This document shows, in pieces, positions 44,381 to 53,208 of a stretch of DNA of 58,082 nucleotides (position 1 is the stretch's first letter; each line of letters opens with the position of its first letter). The notes under the pieces were generated by a model. The model worked only from the letters and a program-made list of their open reading frames with translations, ran no database searches and was not told the origin of the DNA. This DNA is from Clostridium sp. CAG:508 (GTDB lineage Bacteria; Bacillota; Clostridia; TANB77; CAG-508), in assembly GCA_000435755.1 (NCBI GenBank), contig FR889081.1:24466-82547 (forward strand), given 5' to 3'. The translations under genes and the position numbers were made by a program.

Positions 44381-45658
44381 TTATTTATTAGGTTCAATTA
44401 TTGACAATACTTTATTTTCATTTTTGAACATTTCATTTAAAATATTTTGTGTATATTCTTTTGTTACAGTTTCAAATTCTTCTATATAGTCAAAGCTTTG
44501 AACTTTTTTCATAGTATCTGCTAAAAACATTCTAGCTATATTAGCAACACTATTGTACTCTATAACATAATCACCATAAAGTTTTCTTCTTGCTCTTTCA
44601 AATTCTTCATCATCTAATCCTTGTTGTTTTAGTTGTTCTATTCTATCAGTTATCTTTTGAGCAACTTTTTTAGGTTCTTTTGAAGCTCCTGATATCAATG
44701 TGTGTGCATATTGTGCACTAAATTCATAATCAAAATCTGGTTGTGCTAATAATAATCCTTCTTCATATAATTCCTTATATAGTTTCGAGCTCTTGCCTAT
44801 GATTATATTTAACAATATTTCAATAGCTATATGTTTTTTGATTGCCGCTTCTTGATTGTTTTCAATGTCTTTGTATGCCATCATAAATATTGGTGTACTT
44901 ACTTCCATTTGAGCTATTTTTTCTGGCATATTTATTTTATCTTCTTTTGCAGTATATATTCTTTTTATATCTGCTTGGTTTTCTTTTGGTAATAAACGTT
45001 TTTTAATTTCTTCCAACAATTTTTCTGGTTCAAAATCTCCACATACTACCATTGTCATATTTGATGGATGATAAAATGTGTTATAACATTTATACAATAC
45101 ATCTGGATCTATTTTGCTAATTGATTCTACTGTTCCTGCTATATCTATTTTTATCGGATTTTCTTTATACATACAGTCTAGAGCATTCATATATAATTGC
45201 CAGCCAGGATCATCATCATACATTTTTATTTCTTGGCCTATTATACCTTTTTCTTTTTCAACATTTTCATCTGTAAAATATGGATGTTGCACATAGTCCA
45301 TAAGCTCATCTAGGCCTTCTTCAAAATGATCAGTACATTCAAATAGATATGCTGTGTGGTCATTTGTTGTATATGCGTTTGCATCAATTCCAAGTGCCAT
45401 TAAAGTATCTAAACTATTTGTTCCATCTGGTTGTTCAAACATTTTATGTTCAAGAAAGTGTGCTACTCCATCTGGTATATATACTTCCTCTCCTGTTTTT
45501 GGCATTATAAAGTGATTATCTATTGAACCAAAGTGTGTTCCCCATATTACATATTTCTTTTTTGTATGTTGTTTTGGTATTATAATTACTTGCATACCGC
45601 TTTCTAGTTTTTCAACATATGCTTTTTCTTTAATTTTTGAACTTTCTATAATTTTCAT
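44381..45658 (-). CDS. M16-family (insulinase/pitrilysin-like) zinc peptidase, catalytic subunit
   Basis: Inverted zinc motif HFLEH (GVAHFLEHKMFE) with a downstream Glu. 425 aa. Confidence 0.8.
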   Translation of the reverse strand: MKIIESSKIKEKAYVEKLESGMQVIIIPKQHTKKKYVIWGTHFGSIDNHFIMPKTGEEVYIPDGVAHFLEHKMFEQPDGTNSLDTLMALGIDANAYTTNDHTAYLFECTDHFEEGLDELMDYVQHPYFTDENVEKEKGIIGQEIKMYDDDPGWQLYMNALDCMYKENPIKIDIAGTVESISKIDPDVLYKCYNTFYHPSNMTMVVCGDFEPEKLLEEIKKRLLPKENQADIKRIYTAKEDKINMPEKIAQMEVSTPIFMMAYKDIENNQEAAIKKHIAIEILLNIIIGKSSKLYKELYEEGLLLAQPDFDYEFSAQYAHTLISGASKEPKKVAQKITDRIEQLKQQGLDDEEFERARRKLYGDYVIEYNSVANIARMFLADTMKKVQSFDYIEEFETVTKEYTQNILNEMFKNENKVLSIIEPNK

Positions 45659-45669
45659 CTTTTCACCCC

Positions 45670-46944
45670 TTAGTCTTTTAAAAAATAAATGGTATTGATA
45701 TTTATGTTTTGTGCTAGCTTAACAATTTGGTCTTTTGTTACTGCTTTTATTTTGTCCATGTATTCTTTTAAGTCTACAAATCTATTAGCTAATTCTTGTC
45801 CATAATAATAGGTTATTTCTGTATCTTGTTCTTCTGATATTCCTTCAATAGAAGCTATTATTAGTTCTTTACTGTCTTTGATGTCTTTATCTGTGAAATT
45901 ACCATTTTTCATATCTTCTAGTTGCTGTTTTATTGTATCTAAAGCTTTTTGATAATTTTGTATTTCAATTCCTGCACGAATAAATATACAATTTTTAGTT
46001 CTATTATAGTTTGATCCTGTTGTATATGCTAAACTTGCTTTTTCACGTACATTTTGGAATAATTTCGAGTTTGCTCCTCCACCTAGTATTGCATTATACA
46101 CAGCAGATATAAATCTACTATCTTCTGCTGTTTCATTTATATTTAAGCCAATTACTAGTTTTCCTTGTGTTACTTGCATACTCTCATTTATTATATTTGG
46201 CTCTCTAATTTCTATTTGTTCAGTTGTTTCATTGTTTACAATATACTCAGGTTTTCTAGCATTTAGTTTTTTAATGTTTTCATTTTGTTCTATAGTTTGT
46301 TTTACTTTTTCTTTATCTATAGTGCCTGAATAGAATATATCAATTTTACAGTTATCTATTAATGTTTTGTAGTAGTTATATAATTCTTCTGGTGTTATCT
46401 TCTCTAGGTCTTCTATATAACCATATTTATATAATCCATATGGTTTATCTTTAAACATTTCCTCAATACATCTGTCATAAGCATATCTAGCTTTGTTATC
46501 TATTTTGGCTTCTATAATTTGTTTTAGATTCTTCTTTTCCCCTTCAACATATTCTGGTTTAAATTTGTTAACTTCTATTAATGGATTAAATATTATGTCT
46601 GTTAAAATATCCATTGCTTCTTTTAATATATTTTCTGAAGATGGTAGAAATTCTTCACTTAGTGTTTCTAAATAGAATTTCATAATGTGGTTGTCACCTG
46701 TTTTTTCAACACCACAGTCAAAACTAGCTCCATATAGCATTTCTAATTTTTGACTAATTAAATCTTGTGATGGTATGTTTTTAGTGCCTCTTCTTAATAC
46801 TGCTGTAAGCAGAGCATCTAAAGTTACATTTTCTTTTTTTAGTGGTGTGGCTAAAAATATTGCGTTTAAGTTTGTTTTATAGTTTTCAGTATAAATTTGG
46901 TGTAAAGTTATACCTGGTTTTATTTCTTGTTTTTGATAATTCAT
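45670..46944 (-). CDS. M16-family peptidase-like protein lacking HxxEH (non-catalytic partner)
   Basis: Start reassigned to ATG 46944 (AGGAGA RBS). M16 fold-length protein with no HxxEH motif. Adjacent to the catalytic subunit, the typical M16B pair arrangement. Confidence 0.7.
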   Translation of the reverse strand: MNYQKQEIKPGITLHQIYTENYKTNLNAIFLATPLKKENVTLDALLTAVLRRGTKNIPSQDLISQKLEMLYGASFDCGVEKTGDNHIMKFYLETLSEEFLPSSENILKEAMDILTDIIFNPLIEVNKFKPEYVEGEKKNLKQIIEAKIDNKARYAYDRCIEEMFKDKPYGLYKYGYIEDLEKITPEELYNYYKTLIDNCKIDIFYSGTIDKEKVKQTIEQNENIKKLNARKPEYIVNNETTEQIEIREPNIINESMQVTQGKLVIGLNINETAEDSRFISAVYNAILGGGANSKLFQNVREKASLAYTTGSNYNRTKNCIFIRAGIEIQNYQKALDTIKQQLEDMKNGNFTDKDIKDSKELIIASIEGISEEQDTEITYYYGQELANRFVDLKEYMDKIKAVTKDQIVKLAQNININTIYFLKD

Positions 46945-47061
46945 TCTTTCTCCTCTTTTCTTTTTTAATTCATGTATATTATAATCTAATTTTGGAAAAT
47001 TATTCAAGAGCATTTTTAAGATTTGCGATTTAAAATTATTTGGTAAAATTTGTAAGATGTA

Positions 47062-47090
47062 TTGTAATTGTTACTCATTGTTGATATAAT
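47062..47090 (+). promoter_or_regulatory. Promoter of the small toxin-like ORF
   Basis: TTGTAA (47062-47067), 17 nt, TG-A-TATAAT (-10 at 47085-47090). Confidence 0.55.
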
Positions 47091-47137
47091 GGTCGTATCC
47101 TTTTGCAAAGGAAATCTTTGGAAAGGAGGAAAGTTAT

Positions 47138-47221
47138 ATGACTTCATTTGATTTAATCTGGAAACTCATGGTTTTATTACTTAGTACATATAATGATGAT
47201 GCAGATGACAAAAAAGATTAG
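47138..47221 (+). CDS. 27-aa hydrophobic peptide with acidic tail, Fst-like type I toxin candidate (not in ORF track)
   Basis: AGGAGG RBS 8 nt upstream. ATG...TAG encodes MTSFDLIWKLMVLLLSTYNDDADDKKD. Has its own promoter and terminator. Confidence 0.6.
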   Translation: MTSFDLIWKLMVLLLSTYNDDADDKKD

Positions 47222-47231
47222 AAATAATCTA

Positions 47232-47266
47232 ATAGGAGAGTATGCAACTGCTCTCCTATTTTTTTG
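47232..47266 (+). terminator. Terminator of the small ORF
   Basis: Stem ataggagag (47232-47240) / ctctcctat (47251-47259), then a T-run at 47260-47265. The loop contains TGCAAC. Confidence 0.8.
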
Positions 47267-47336
47267 CAAAAAAATGAACTAAATGTTGCAACCCATTTAG
47301 TTCGAAAGCTATCTGACTTCATTGATAACTTGTGTT
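47267..47336 (-). ncRNA. Candidate ~70-nt convergent small RNA (putative antitoxin) complementary to the toxin translation-initiation region
   Basis: Own promoter (47343-47371) and terminator (stem 47276-47284/47295-47303, with a U-run from A-run 47268-47274). Contains AATGAAGTCA, perfectly complementary to mRNA 47139-47148 (start codon plus codons 2-4). Confidence 0.5.
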
Positions 47337-47342
47337 AAACAT

Positions 47343-47371
47343 AGTATACTACTTTTTTTATTATATGTCAA
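47343..47371 (-). promoter_or_regulatory. Promoter of the candidate antitoxin sRNA
   Basis: Minus strand: TTGACA (47371-47366), 17 nt, TATACT (47348-47343). Confidence 0.5.
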
Positions 47372-47406
47372 ACTAATTTAAATAATTCCTTATATTTTTT
47401 TGGAAA

Positions 47407-47847
47407 TTATTGTAATAATTTTTTAGCAACTTCATTTATTGTTTTTCCGTCTGCTGATGCTCCTAATTTTTCTTTTGCAGTTTTCATTACTAAGCCCATT
47501 TCTTTCATGGATGTTGCGCCTAGTTCAGCAATTATTTCTTTTACTTTTGCTTCTATTTCTTCTGCAGATAATTGTTCTGGTAAGTATTCCTCTAGTATAG
47601 CAATTTCTTGGTTTATTTGGTCTAGCAAATCTTGTCTTCCACTTTTTTCATAATCTACAATTGAATCTTTTCTTTTTTTAGCTTCTTTTGCAATTATTTC
47701 AACTATTTGGTCATCTGAAACTTCTATTTGTTTGTCTTTTTCAACTTGTAGAATAGCAGCTCTAACCATTTGGATAACATTTTTTCTAATTACATTTTTC
47801 TCTTTCATAGAGTTTTTTAAATCGTCTAACAATTTTTCTTTTAACAT
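47407..47847 (-). CDS. yqeY: GatB/YqeY domain protein
   Basis: LKEKLLDDLKNSMKEKN..RKNVIQMVRAAI...EIAILEEYLP is typical of YqeY. Conserved rpsU-yqeY arrangement. Confidence 0.85.
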   Translation of the reverse strand: MLKEKLLDDLKNSMKEKNVIRKNVIQMVRAAILQVEKDKQIEVSDDQIVEIIAKEAKKRKDSIVDYEKSGRQDLLDQINQEIAILEEYLPEQLSAEEIEAKVKEIIAELGATSMKEMGLVMKTAKEKLGASADGKTINEVAKKLLQ

Positions 47848-47865
47848 ACATTTACCTCCCTATTA

Positions 47866-47906
47866 AGCAAAAATGGATTGAAAAATTCTAATAACTTTCA
47901 ATCCAT
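47866..47906 (-). terminator. Hairpin/attenuator between rpsU and yqeY
   Basis: 11-bp stem atggattgaaa (47873-47883) / tttcaatccat (47896-47906), followed by TTTTGC on the minus transcript. Confidence 0.6.
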
Positions 47907-47916
47907 CTCTTACTTT

Positions 47917-48087
47917 TTAAAATTTTCTTTTTCTTGCTGCCTCTGATTTTTTCTTTCTTTTTACACTTGGTTTTTCATAATGCTCTCTTTTTCTTACTTC
48001 TTGTAATACTCCGTTTCTAGCACATTGTCTTTTAAACCTTTTTAAGGCATCTTCTATATTTCCGTTATTAACTTTAACCTCTGACAT
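47917..48087 (-). CDS. rpsU: 30S ribosomal protein S21 (missing from ORF track)
   Basis: Reverse translation: [66 protein letters not shown]. Confidence 0.92.
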   Translation of the reverse strand: MSEVKVNNGNIEDALKRFKRQCARNGVLQEVRKREHYEKPSVKRKKKSEAARKRKF

Positions 48088-48163
48088 TTTTGTTCCCCTC
48101 CCTTCAGTAGTTACACTCTTACGTGTGGGATTTTAACTGAAAATTATTATTTTTACGTTAATT

Positions 48164-48192
48164 ATTATAACTGTATTGGGTAAATTTGTCAA
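48164..48192 (-). promoter_or_regulatory. Consensus sigma-A promoter of rpsU
   Basis: Minus strand: TTGACA (48192-48187), 17 nt, TATAAT (48169-48164). Followed by a ~70-nt leader with nested stems (CAGT..ACAC..GTGT..ACTG). Confidence 0.65.
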
Positions 48193-48225
48193 TATTTATA
48201 TAAAATTTTCTAGAAAATACTTGTA

Positions 48226-49173
48226 CTATTTATCAAAATCGAACAAATCGCCTAGTGGTTGTGCTTCATTTACTCTTTTTATAGCTTCTGCAAATAGTGG
48301 TGCAATAGATAAAACTTTGATTTTGTCTGTTTGTTTTTCTGTGGTTAATGGCACTGTATTTGTAATTATCAATTCTTTTATTGGTGAGTTTTTAATTTTC
48401 TCTATTGCAGGTCCACATAAGACTCCATGAGTACATGCTGCGTATATTTCTTTTGCTCCGTGCTCTTGTAGAATTTTAGCTGCCTCTACCATAGTTCCGG
48501 CAGTGCTTACCTCGTCATCAAATATTAATGCTGTTTTTCCTTCTATGTCTCCTATAATGTTTGCTGCTACTGCTTTATCGTCATTGCCAGTTCTTCTTTT
48601 ATCTATTAACGCCATAGGACATTTGAAATACATTGAGTATTTATATGCTTTTTTAGAGCTTCCTGCATCTGTTGCTACTACTACTTTGTTTTCAATTTCT
48701 TTTCCGTCAAAATATGCTTGTAATATGTGTTGCCCTGTTAATCTATCACATGGAATATTGAAATATGCTTGAATTGCCGGATTATGCAAATCGCAGGTGA
48801 TCACTCTACTTGCTCCTGCTGCTTCTAGAAGTTCTGCAAATAATCTGGCTGTTACAGGTACTCTTGGTTGATCCTTTTTATCTGATCTTGAATATATAAA
48901 ATATGGAAGTACTACGTTTATTCTGTGTGCTGATGCTCTTTTGGCAGCATCAATCATAATAAGTAATTCCATTATTCTTTCATTAACTGGCGGTTCTGTT
49001 GTTTGTATCAAATAAATATCTTGTTCTCTTACTGTTTCTTTAAATTGTATAAAGTTGTTGTCATTTGCAAATTTATAGCATTCAACTTTTCCCATTGGTA
49101 AATCCAATTCTTTACATACTTCTTTTGTAAACTCTTCTGCTGTAGGACATGCGAATATTTTAATATTTTTCAT
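48226..49173 (-). CDS. prs: Ribose-phosphate pyrophosphokinase (PRPP synthetase)
   Basis: Typical Prs sequence: ...VVLPYFIYSRSDKKD..., the PRPP-binding loop ALIFDDEVSTAGT, and 315 aa length. Confidence 0.88.
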   Translation of the reverse strand: MKNIKIFACPTAEEFTKEVCKELDLPMGKVECYKFANDNNFIQFKETVREQDIYLIQTTEPPVNERIMELLIMIDAAKRASAHRINVVLPYFIYSRSDKKDQPRVPVTARLFAELLEAAGASRVITCDLHNPAIQAYFNIPCDRLTGQHILQAYFDGKEIENKVVVATDAGSSKKAYKYSMYFKCPMALIDKRRTGNDDKAVAANIIGDIEGKTALIFDDEVSTAGTMVEAAKILQEHGAKEIYAACTHGVLCGPAIEKIKNSPIKELIITNTVPLTTEKQTDKIKVLSIAPLFAEAIKRVNEAQPLGDLFDFDK

Positions 49174-49257
49174 ATTTAATTCATTCCTTCCTTTGAATAC
49201 AAATTAGGTTGGAAAATAATTATAATTATTCTCCAACCTCTTACAGTATAGCTTCAA

Positions 49258-49758
49258 TTAAGAAGCACTCTTCCAAGCTGTCACTTCTCCATTTTTCAAG
49301 CTCTTTTGTACATCAATTACTCTTTGGTTTTCTGAGCCCCTCCAATCCAATCTAGGATTGTGAAGTGCATCAACATATTGTCCATCTACAAGAACATCTA
49401 GGTATTTTACCACCTCTTTGTCCTTTAGATAGTCATCAAACTTAAAACCTGACCAAGCCCATAAATTTTTATTTGGAAATTTCTCTTTAAAAGTTTTAGC
49501 TAGTTTTGTTGTTCCTTCTATATTATTTGGATGCATTGGTTCTCCACCTAAAATTGATAATCCTTCTACATTTTCGTTTTGGCAAAGCTCCATTATTCTG
49601 TCAATAGTTGCATCGGTAAATTCTTTTCCCCCATTAAAATCGTGTGTTTCTGGGTTAAAGCAATTTTTACAATTAAATGCACAGCCTTGCATAAATATAG
49701 ATACCCTTACTCCTGGTCCATCTGCTATATCCATTTTTCTGATTTTATTGTATTTCAT
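49258..49758 (-). CDS. nrdG: Anaerobic ribonucleotide reductase activating protein (radical SAM)
   Basis: DGPGVRVSIFMQGCAFNCKNCFNPE (CxxxCxxC). 166 aa, directly downstream of nrdD. Confidence 0.88.
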   Translation of the reverse strand: MKYNKIRKMDIADGPGVRVSIFMQGCAFNCKNCFNPETHDFNGGKEFTDATIDRIMELCQNENVEGLSILGGEPMHPNNIEGTTKLAKTFKEKFPNKNLWAWSGFKFDDYLKDKEVVKYLDVLVDGQYVDALHNPRLDWRGSENQRVIDVQKSLKNGEVTAWKSAS

Positions 49759-49782
49759 AGTTAATAAATCCTTCTTTCTAAT

Positions 49783-51942
49783 CTACTCGTCGTCTTTGTT
49801 ATCAATATGGAGAACCCTCTCCTTAATCTCTTGTGTTCTTCCCTTATTCCAGAATTGGCTTCCAATATATCCGCAAGTTCTTCTTGCTACATTTAATGTG
49901 TTATGATCTCTATTTCCACAGTTCGGACAATACCATTCTAAGTTTTCGTCTATTAAAATTTCTCCATCAAATCCACATTTTTGGCAATAATCTGATTTTG
50001 TGTTCAATTCTGCATACATAATATTATCATAAATAAAGTTAATTATTTGTAATACAACTTCTAAGTTGTCTTGTAAGTTAGGTGTTTCTACATAAGATAT
50101 AGCTCCACCTGGGCTTAGTTTTTGGAATTTACTCTCTAGTTTTAATTTAGAGAAAGCATCTATATCTTCAAATACTGGTACATGATATGAATTTGTGATA
50201 TAGCTTCTATCTGTAATTCCTTCAACTGTTCCAAATCTTTTCTTTAAGCATTTTGCAAATTTATATGTTGTAGACTCAATTGGAGTTCCATAAACACTGT
50301 AATCTATCTTCTCTGCTTCTTTCCATTCTTTGCATTTGTCATTTAATTTTTGCATTACTTTTATTGCAAATTCTTCTCCTTCACCATTATCAGTATGGCT
50401 ATGTCCTGTCATGTATTTTACACATTCATATAATCCTGCATATCCTAATGATATTGTTGAATAACCATCATGTAATAATTTGTGAATACTTTCACCTTTT
50501 TCAAGTCTTGCTAAAGCTCCATGTTGCCATAATATTGGTGCAACATCACTTGTAACTTTACTTAATCTCTCATGTCTAATTTGTAGTGCTTTATGGCATA
50601 ATTCTAATCTTTCGTCAAATATTTTCCAGAATTTTTCTTCATCTTGTTTTGATGATAATGCAACATCAACTAAATTGATAGTTACAACACCTTGATTAAA
50701 TCTTCCATAGTATTTTGGTTTATTTGTTTCTGGGTCTACATATGGTGTTAAGAATGATCTACATCCCATACATGGGTAGCAGTTTCCGTTTCCATTTTTA
50801 TCTATTTTAAGTTCCTTCATTTTCTTTTCAGAAATATAGTCTGGAACTAATCTTTTAGCTGTACATTTGGCAGCTAGTTCTGTTAAATACCAATATTTGC
50901 TATCTTTATGTATGTTGTCTTCTTCTAATACATAAAGAAGTTTAGGGAATGCTGGTGTAATATATACACCTTTTTCATTTTTAAATCCTTCTATTCTTTG
51001 TTTTAAGAATTCTTCAATTATCATTGCTAATTCTTTTTTGTATTCATCAGTTTCTCCTAAATACATACAAACTGATAAGAATGGTGCTTGTCCATTTGTA
51101 TTTGTCATTGAATTTACTTGATAATTGAAAGTTTGAACACCGTCAGATACCTCTTTTTTAGTATCTTGTTCAGCATATTCTTTACATTGTGCTTCGCTTA
51201 AGCCTCTTTTTTTGTATTTTTTATAATATCTATCATAACTGCTTTTTACAAATGGTGCTAAGTGTGTTAATGATACTGTTGCTCCACCATAAGTAGATGA
51301 TGTAACACCTAATATAATTTGTGTAGCAATTGTCATAGCTGTTAAAAATCTATGTGGTTTTTCAATCATAACACCATTCATTATTGTTCCATTTTGTAGC
51401 ATATCTTCTAAGTTTATTAATTCACAGTTAGTTAATGCATTTTGTGCAAAGTAATCTGCATCATGGAAGTGGATAATTCCTTCGTCGTGAGCTTTCACTA
51501 CATCCTCTGGTAGTAAAAATCTTCTAGTAATATCTGTACTAGTAATTCCTGCTAAGTAGTCTCTTTGAGTTGTAACAACTCTTGCATTTTTATTTGAATT
51601 TTCATTGTTCCAATAATCACTTTCACCATCAATTAATTCCTTAATTGATTGATCTGTCGTGTTTGCTTTTCTTACTAATTCTCTGGTATAACGATATGTA
51701 ATATATTTTTTAGCTAGTAGATATTTTCCAAAAGACATCAATTGCTCTTCTATAATATCTTGAATATCTTCTACCAAAATTCTTTTTTTATCTAAATCTT
51801 CAACATAATCAATTATTTGATTTATTTCCTCTTTAGTTGCTCTTTCTCTTGGTCTCACTTCTCTGTTAGCTTTTTCAATTGCTACTCTGATTTTTGATTG
51901 ATCAAAATCTACTAATTTCCCATCTCTTTTCACTACTTGCAT
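49783..51942 (-). CDS. nrdD: Anaerobic ribonucleoside-triphosphate reductase (class III)
   Basis: N-terminal ATP-cone (VVKRDGKLVDFDQSKI), C-terminal Zn ribbon CQKCG...CPNCG, and glycyl-radical motif ARRTCGYIG. Confidence 0.9.
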   Translation of the reverse strand: MQVVKRDGKLVDFDQSKIRVAIEKANREVRPRERATKEEINQIIDYVEDLDKKRILVEDIQDIIEEQLMSFGKYLLAKKYITYRYTRELVRKANTTDQSIKELIDGESDYWNNENSNKNARVVTTQRDYLAGITSTDITRRFLLPEDVVKAHDEGIIHFHDADYFAQNALTNCELINLEDMLQNGTIMNGVMIEKPHRFLTAMTIATQIILGVTSSTYGGATVSLTHLAPFVKSSYDRYYKKYKKRGLSEAQCKEYAEQDTKKEVSDGVQTFNYQVNSMTNTNGQAPFLSVCMYLGETDEYKKELAMIIEEFLKQRIEGFKNEKGVYITPAFPKLLYVLEEDNIHKDSKYWYLTELAAKCTAKRLVPDYISEKKMKELKIDKNGNGNCYPCMGCRSFLTPYVDPETNKPKYYGRFNQGVVTINLVDVALSSKQDEEKFWKIFDERLELCHKALQIRHERLSKVTSDVAPILWQHGALARLEKGESIHKLLHDGYSTISLGYAGLYECVKYMTGHSHTDNGEGEEFAIKVMQKLNDKCKEWKEAEKIDYSVYGTPIESTTYKFAKCLKKRFGTVEGITDRSYITNSYHVPVFEDIDAFSKLKLESKFQKLSPGGAISYVETPNLQDNLEVVLQIINFIYDNIMYAELNTKSDYCQKCGFDGEILIDENLEWYCPNCGNRDHNTLNVARRTCGYIGSQFWNKGRTQEIKERVLHIDNKDDE

Positions 51943-52024
51943 TTTTATTTCCCCCTATATGTATCTTATAGCTTATAATAGTTTAGATATTTTTATAATC
52001 TCTAAACAATATCTTTTCTTTTGT

Positions 52025-52061
52025 TTGACATTATCTTATATCACTCAAAAGATAATGTCAA
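52025..52061. promoter_or_regulatory. Perfect 13-bp inverted repeat in the nrdD leader/promoter region
   Basis: TTGACATTATCTT (52025-52037), 11 nt, AAGATAATGTCAA (52049-52061). 83-119 nt upstream of the nrdD ATG, with no U-run after it. Confidence 0.4.
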
Positions 52062-52210
52062 GCAGTTACAGTTTATGTAACCGTTCTGTGTTTTGCTTGA
52101 TATATATGGTGTTATGCGTTTTTGTCAATTAGTCTTATTTGTGTCTTTCAGTCAATTTGTTTGTAATTTTTTGTCTGTTTTACACGTTTTTATTTTTTAT
52201 AGCAATTATT

Positions 52211-52227
52211 ATTACAATTTTATTACA
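52211..52227 (-). promoter_or_regulatory. WalR-type dimer box (box D)
   Basis: Minus strand TGTAAT-AAAAT-TGTAAT. About 82 nt upstream of a candidate TTGACA(52128-52123)-17-ATATAT(52105-52100) promoter facing nrdD. Confidence 0.35.
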
Positions 52228-52487
52228 TTTGTTTAAAAATCGCTTATTTCTAAACATTTTTAGCATTTTATAAATTGTATCCACATTGATTTTGCTTGAT
52301 ATTTCAGTAAATTTCGCTTCAATTCTTTCAAAAAAATGGTAAAAATATTTTTGTTTTATTTTTTAAAGTTTTTTAAAAATGATTTTTTGCATATTTTTCA
52401 TTTTTTATTTTATTATTAAATGTATATTTTTGTGTTTTCCAGTTTTTATCAATACTTTTGTATGTTTTTCTATTATAATTTTATTCT

Positions 52488-52523
52488 AAAAAAACTCGTT
52501 TTTTGAAAAAACGAGTTTTTTTA
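52488..52523. terminator. Bidirectional Rho-independent terminator after the DUF308-like gene
   Basis: aaaaaaactcgtttttt-g-aaaaaacgagttttttt: a long perfect hairpin flanked by A- and T-runs. Confidence 0.85.
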
Positions 52524-52593
52524 TTTTTTAATTTTTTAATATTGTTTTTATTATATTTTAACGGTATTTTATGTCATTGTCTTTTTGTTATAG

Positions 52594-53142
52594 TTATTTT
52601 TCTAGTTTTTTTATGTTAGATAAGAATATAATGTCTTCTATCATATCTAATATTGAGTAAATTAGAATTACAATTCCTATTGTCACAACTATGGCATTTG
52701 ATACAAATATTGTATATAGCCCACATACTATCATTACAATAGAAATTAATAAACTGCATATCCAAGTTGGTGATTCTACTAGTTTTAATTTAAATGACAA
52801 GCTTAATCTTATTATTCCTGTGTAAACTATCCAAATTCCTATTAAAACTCTGAATATTGTTTCAATTTGGCTTTTGTAAACTATTGTTATAATTCCAAGG
52901 ATGATAGCTATAATTCCATATGCTATGTCATAATTGTAAAAGTTATATTTTCCTCTTGTTAGGCAATAATCTACTAATTTGTATAGTCCTACTATAATGA
53001 AAAGTATTCCTACAATCAACGATACTACCTTTGTGCTTCCCTCTGGGTTTGTAATTAAAAGTATTCCAAGAATTGCAAATACTAATGATGTTAACAAAGA
53101 TGTCCATCCTGTTCTTTTAAATATTTTTTCAAGATATTCCAT
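52594..53142 (-). CDS. HdeD/DUF308-like six-TM membrane protein
   Basis: Start reassigned to ATG 53142 (the track ATG 53160 lies within the AAAGGAG RBS). Three tandem pairs of TM helices, typical of the DUF308 repeat. Confidence 0.5.
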   Translation of the reverse strand: MEYLEKIFKRTGWTSLLTSLVFAILGILLITNPEGSTKVVSLIVGILFIIVGLYKLVDYCLTRGKYNFYNYDIAYGIIAIILGIITIVYKSQIETIFRVLIGIWIVYTGIIRLSLSFKLKLVESPTWICSLLISIVMIVCGLYTIFVSNAIVVTIGIVILIYSILDMIEDIIFLSNIKKLEK

Positions 53143-53208
53143 ATTTGTTGCTCCTTTCATTTTTATTTATATTATTATATTTATCATTAAATTTAATATT
53201 TTTCAAGA

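Noticed and set aside
51943-52100. NrdR boxes or a cobalamin riboswitch in the nrdD leader
   Set aside because: No 16-bp ACACnAnATnTnGTGT-like palindrome pair and no B12-box-like GC-rich element were seen. Only the unrelated 13-bp palindrome is reported.
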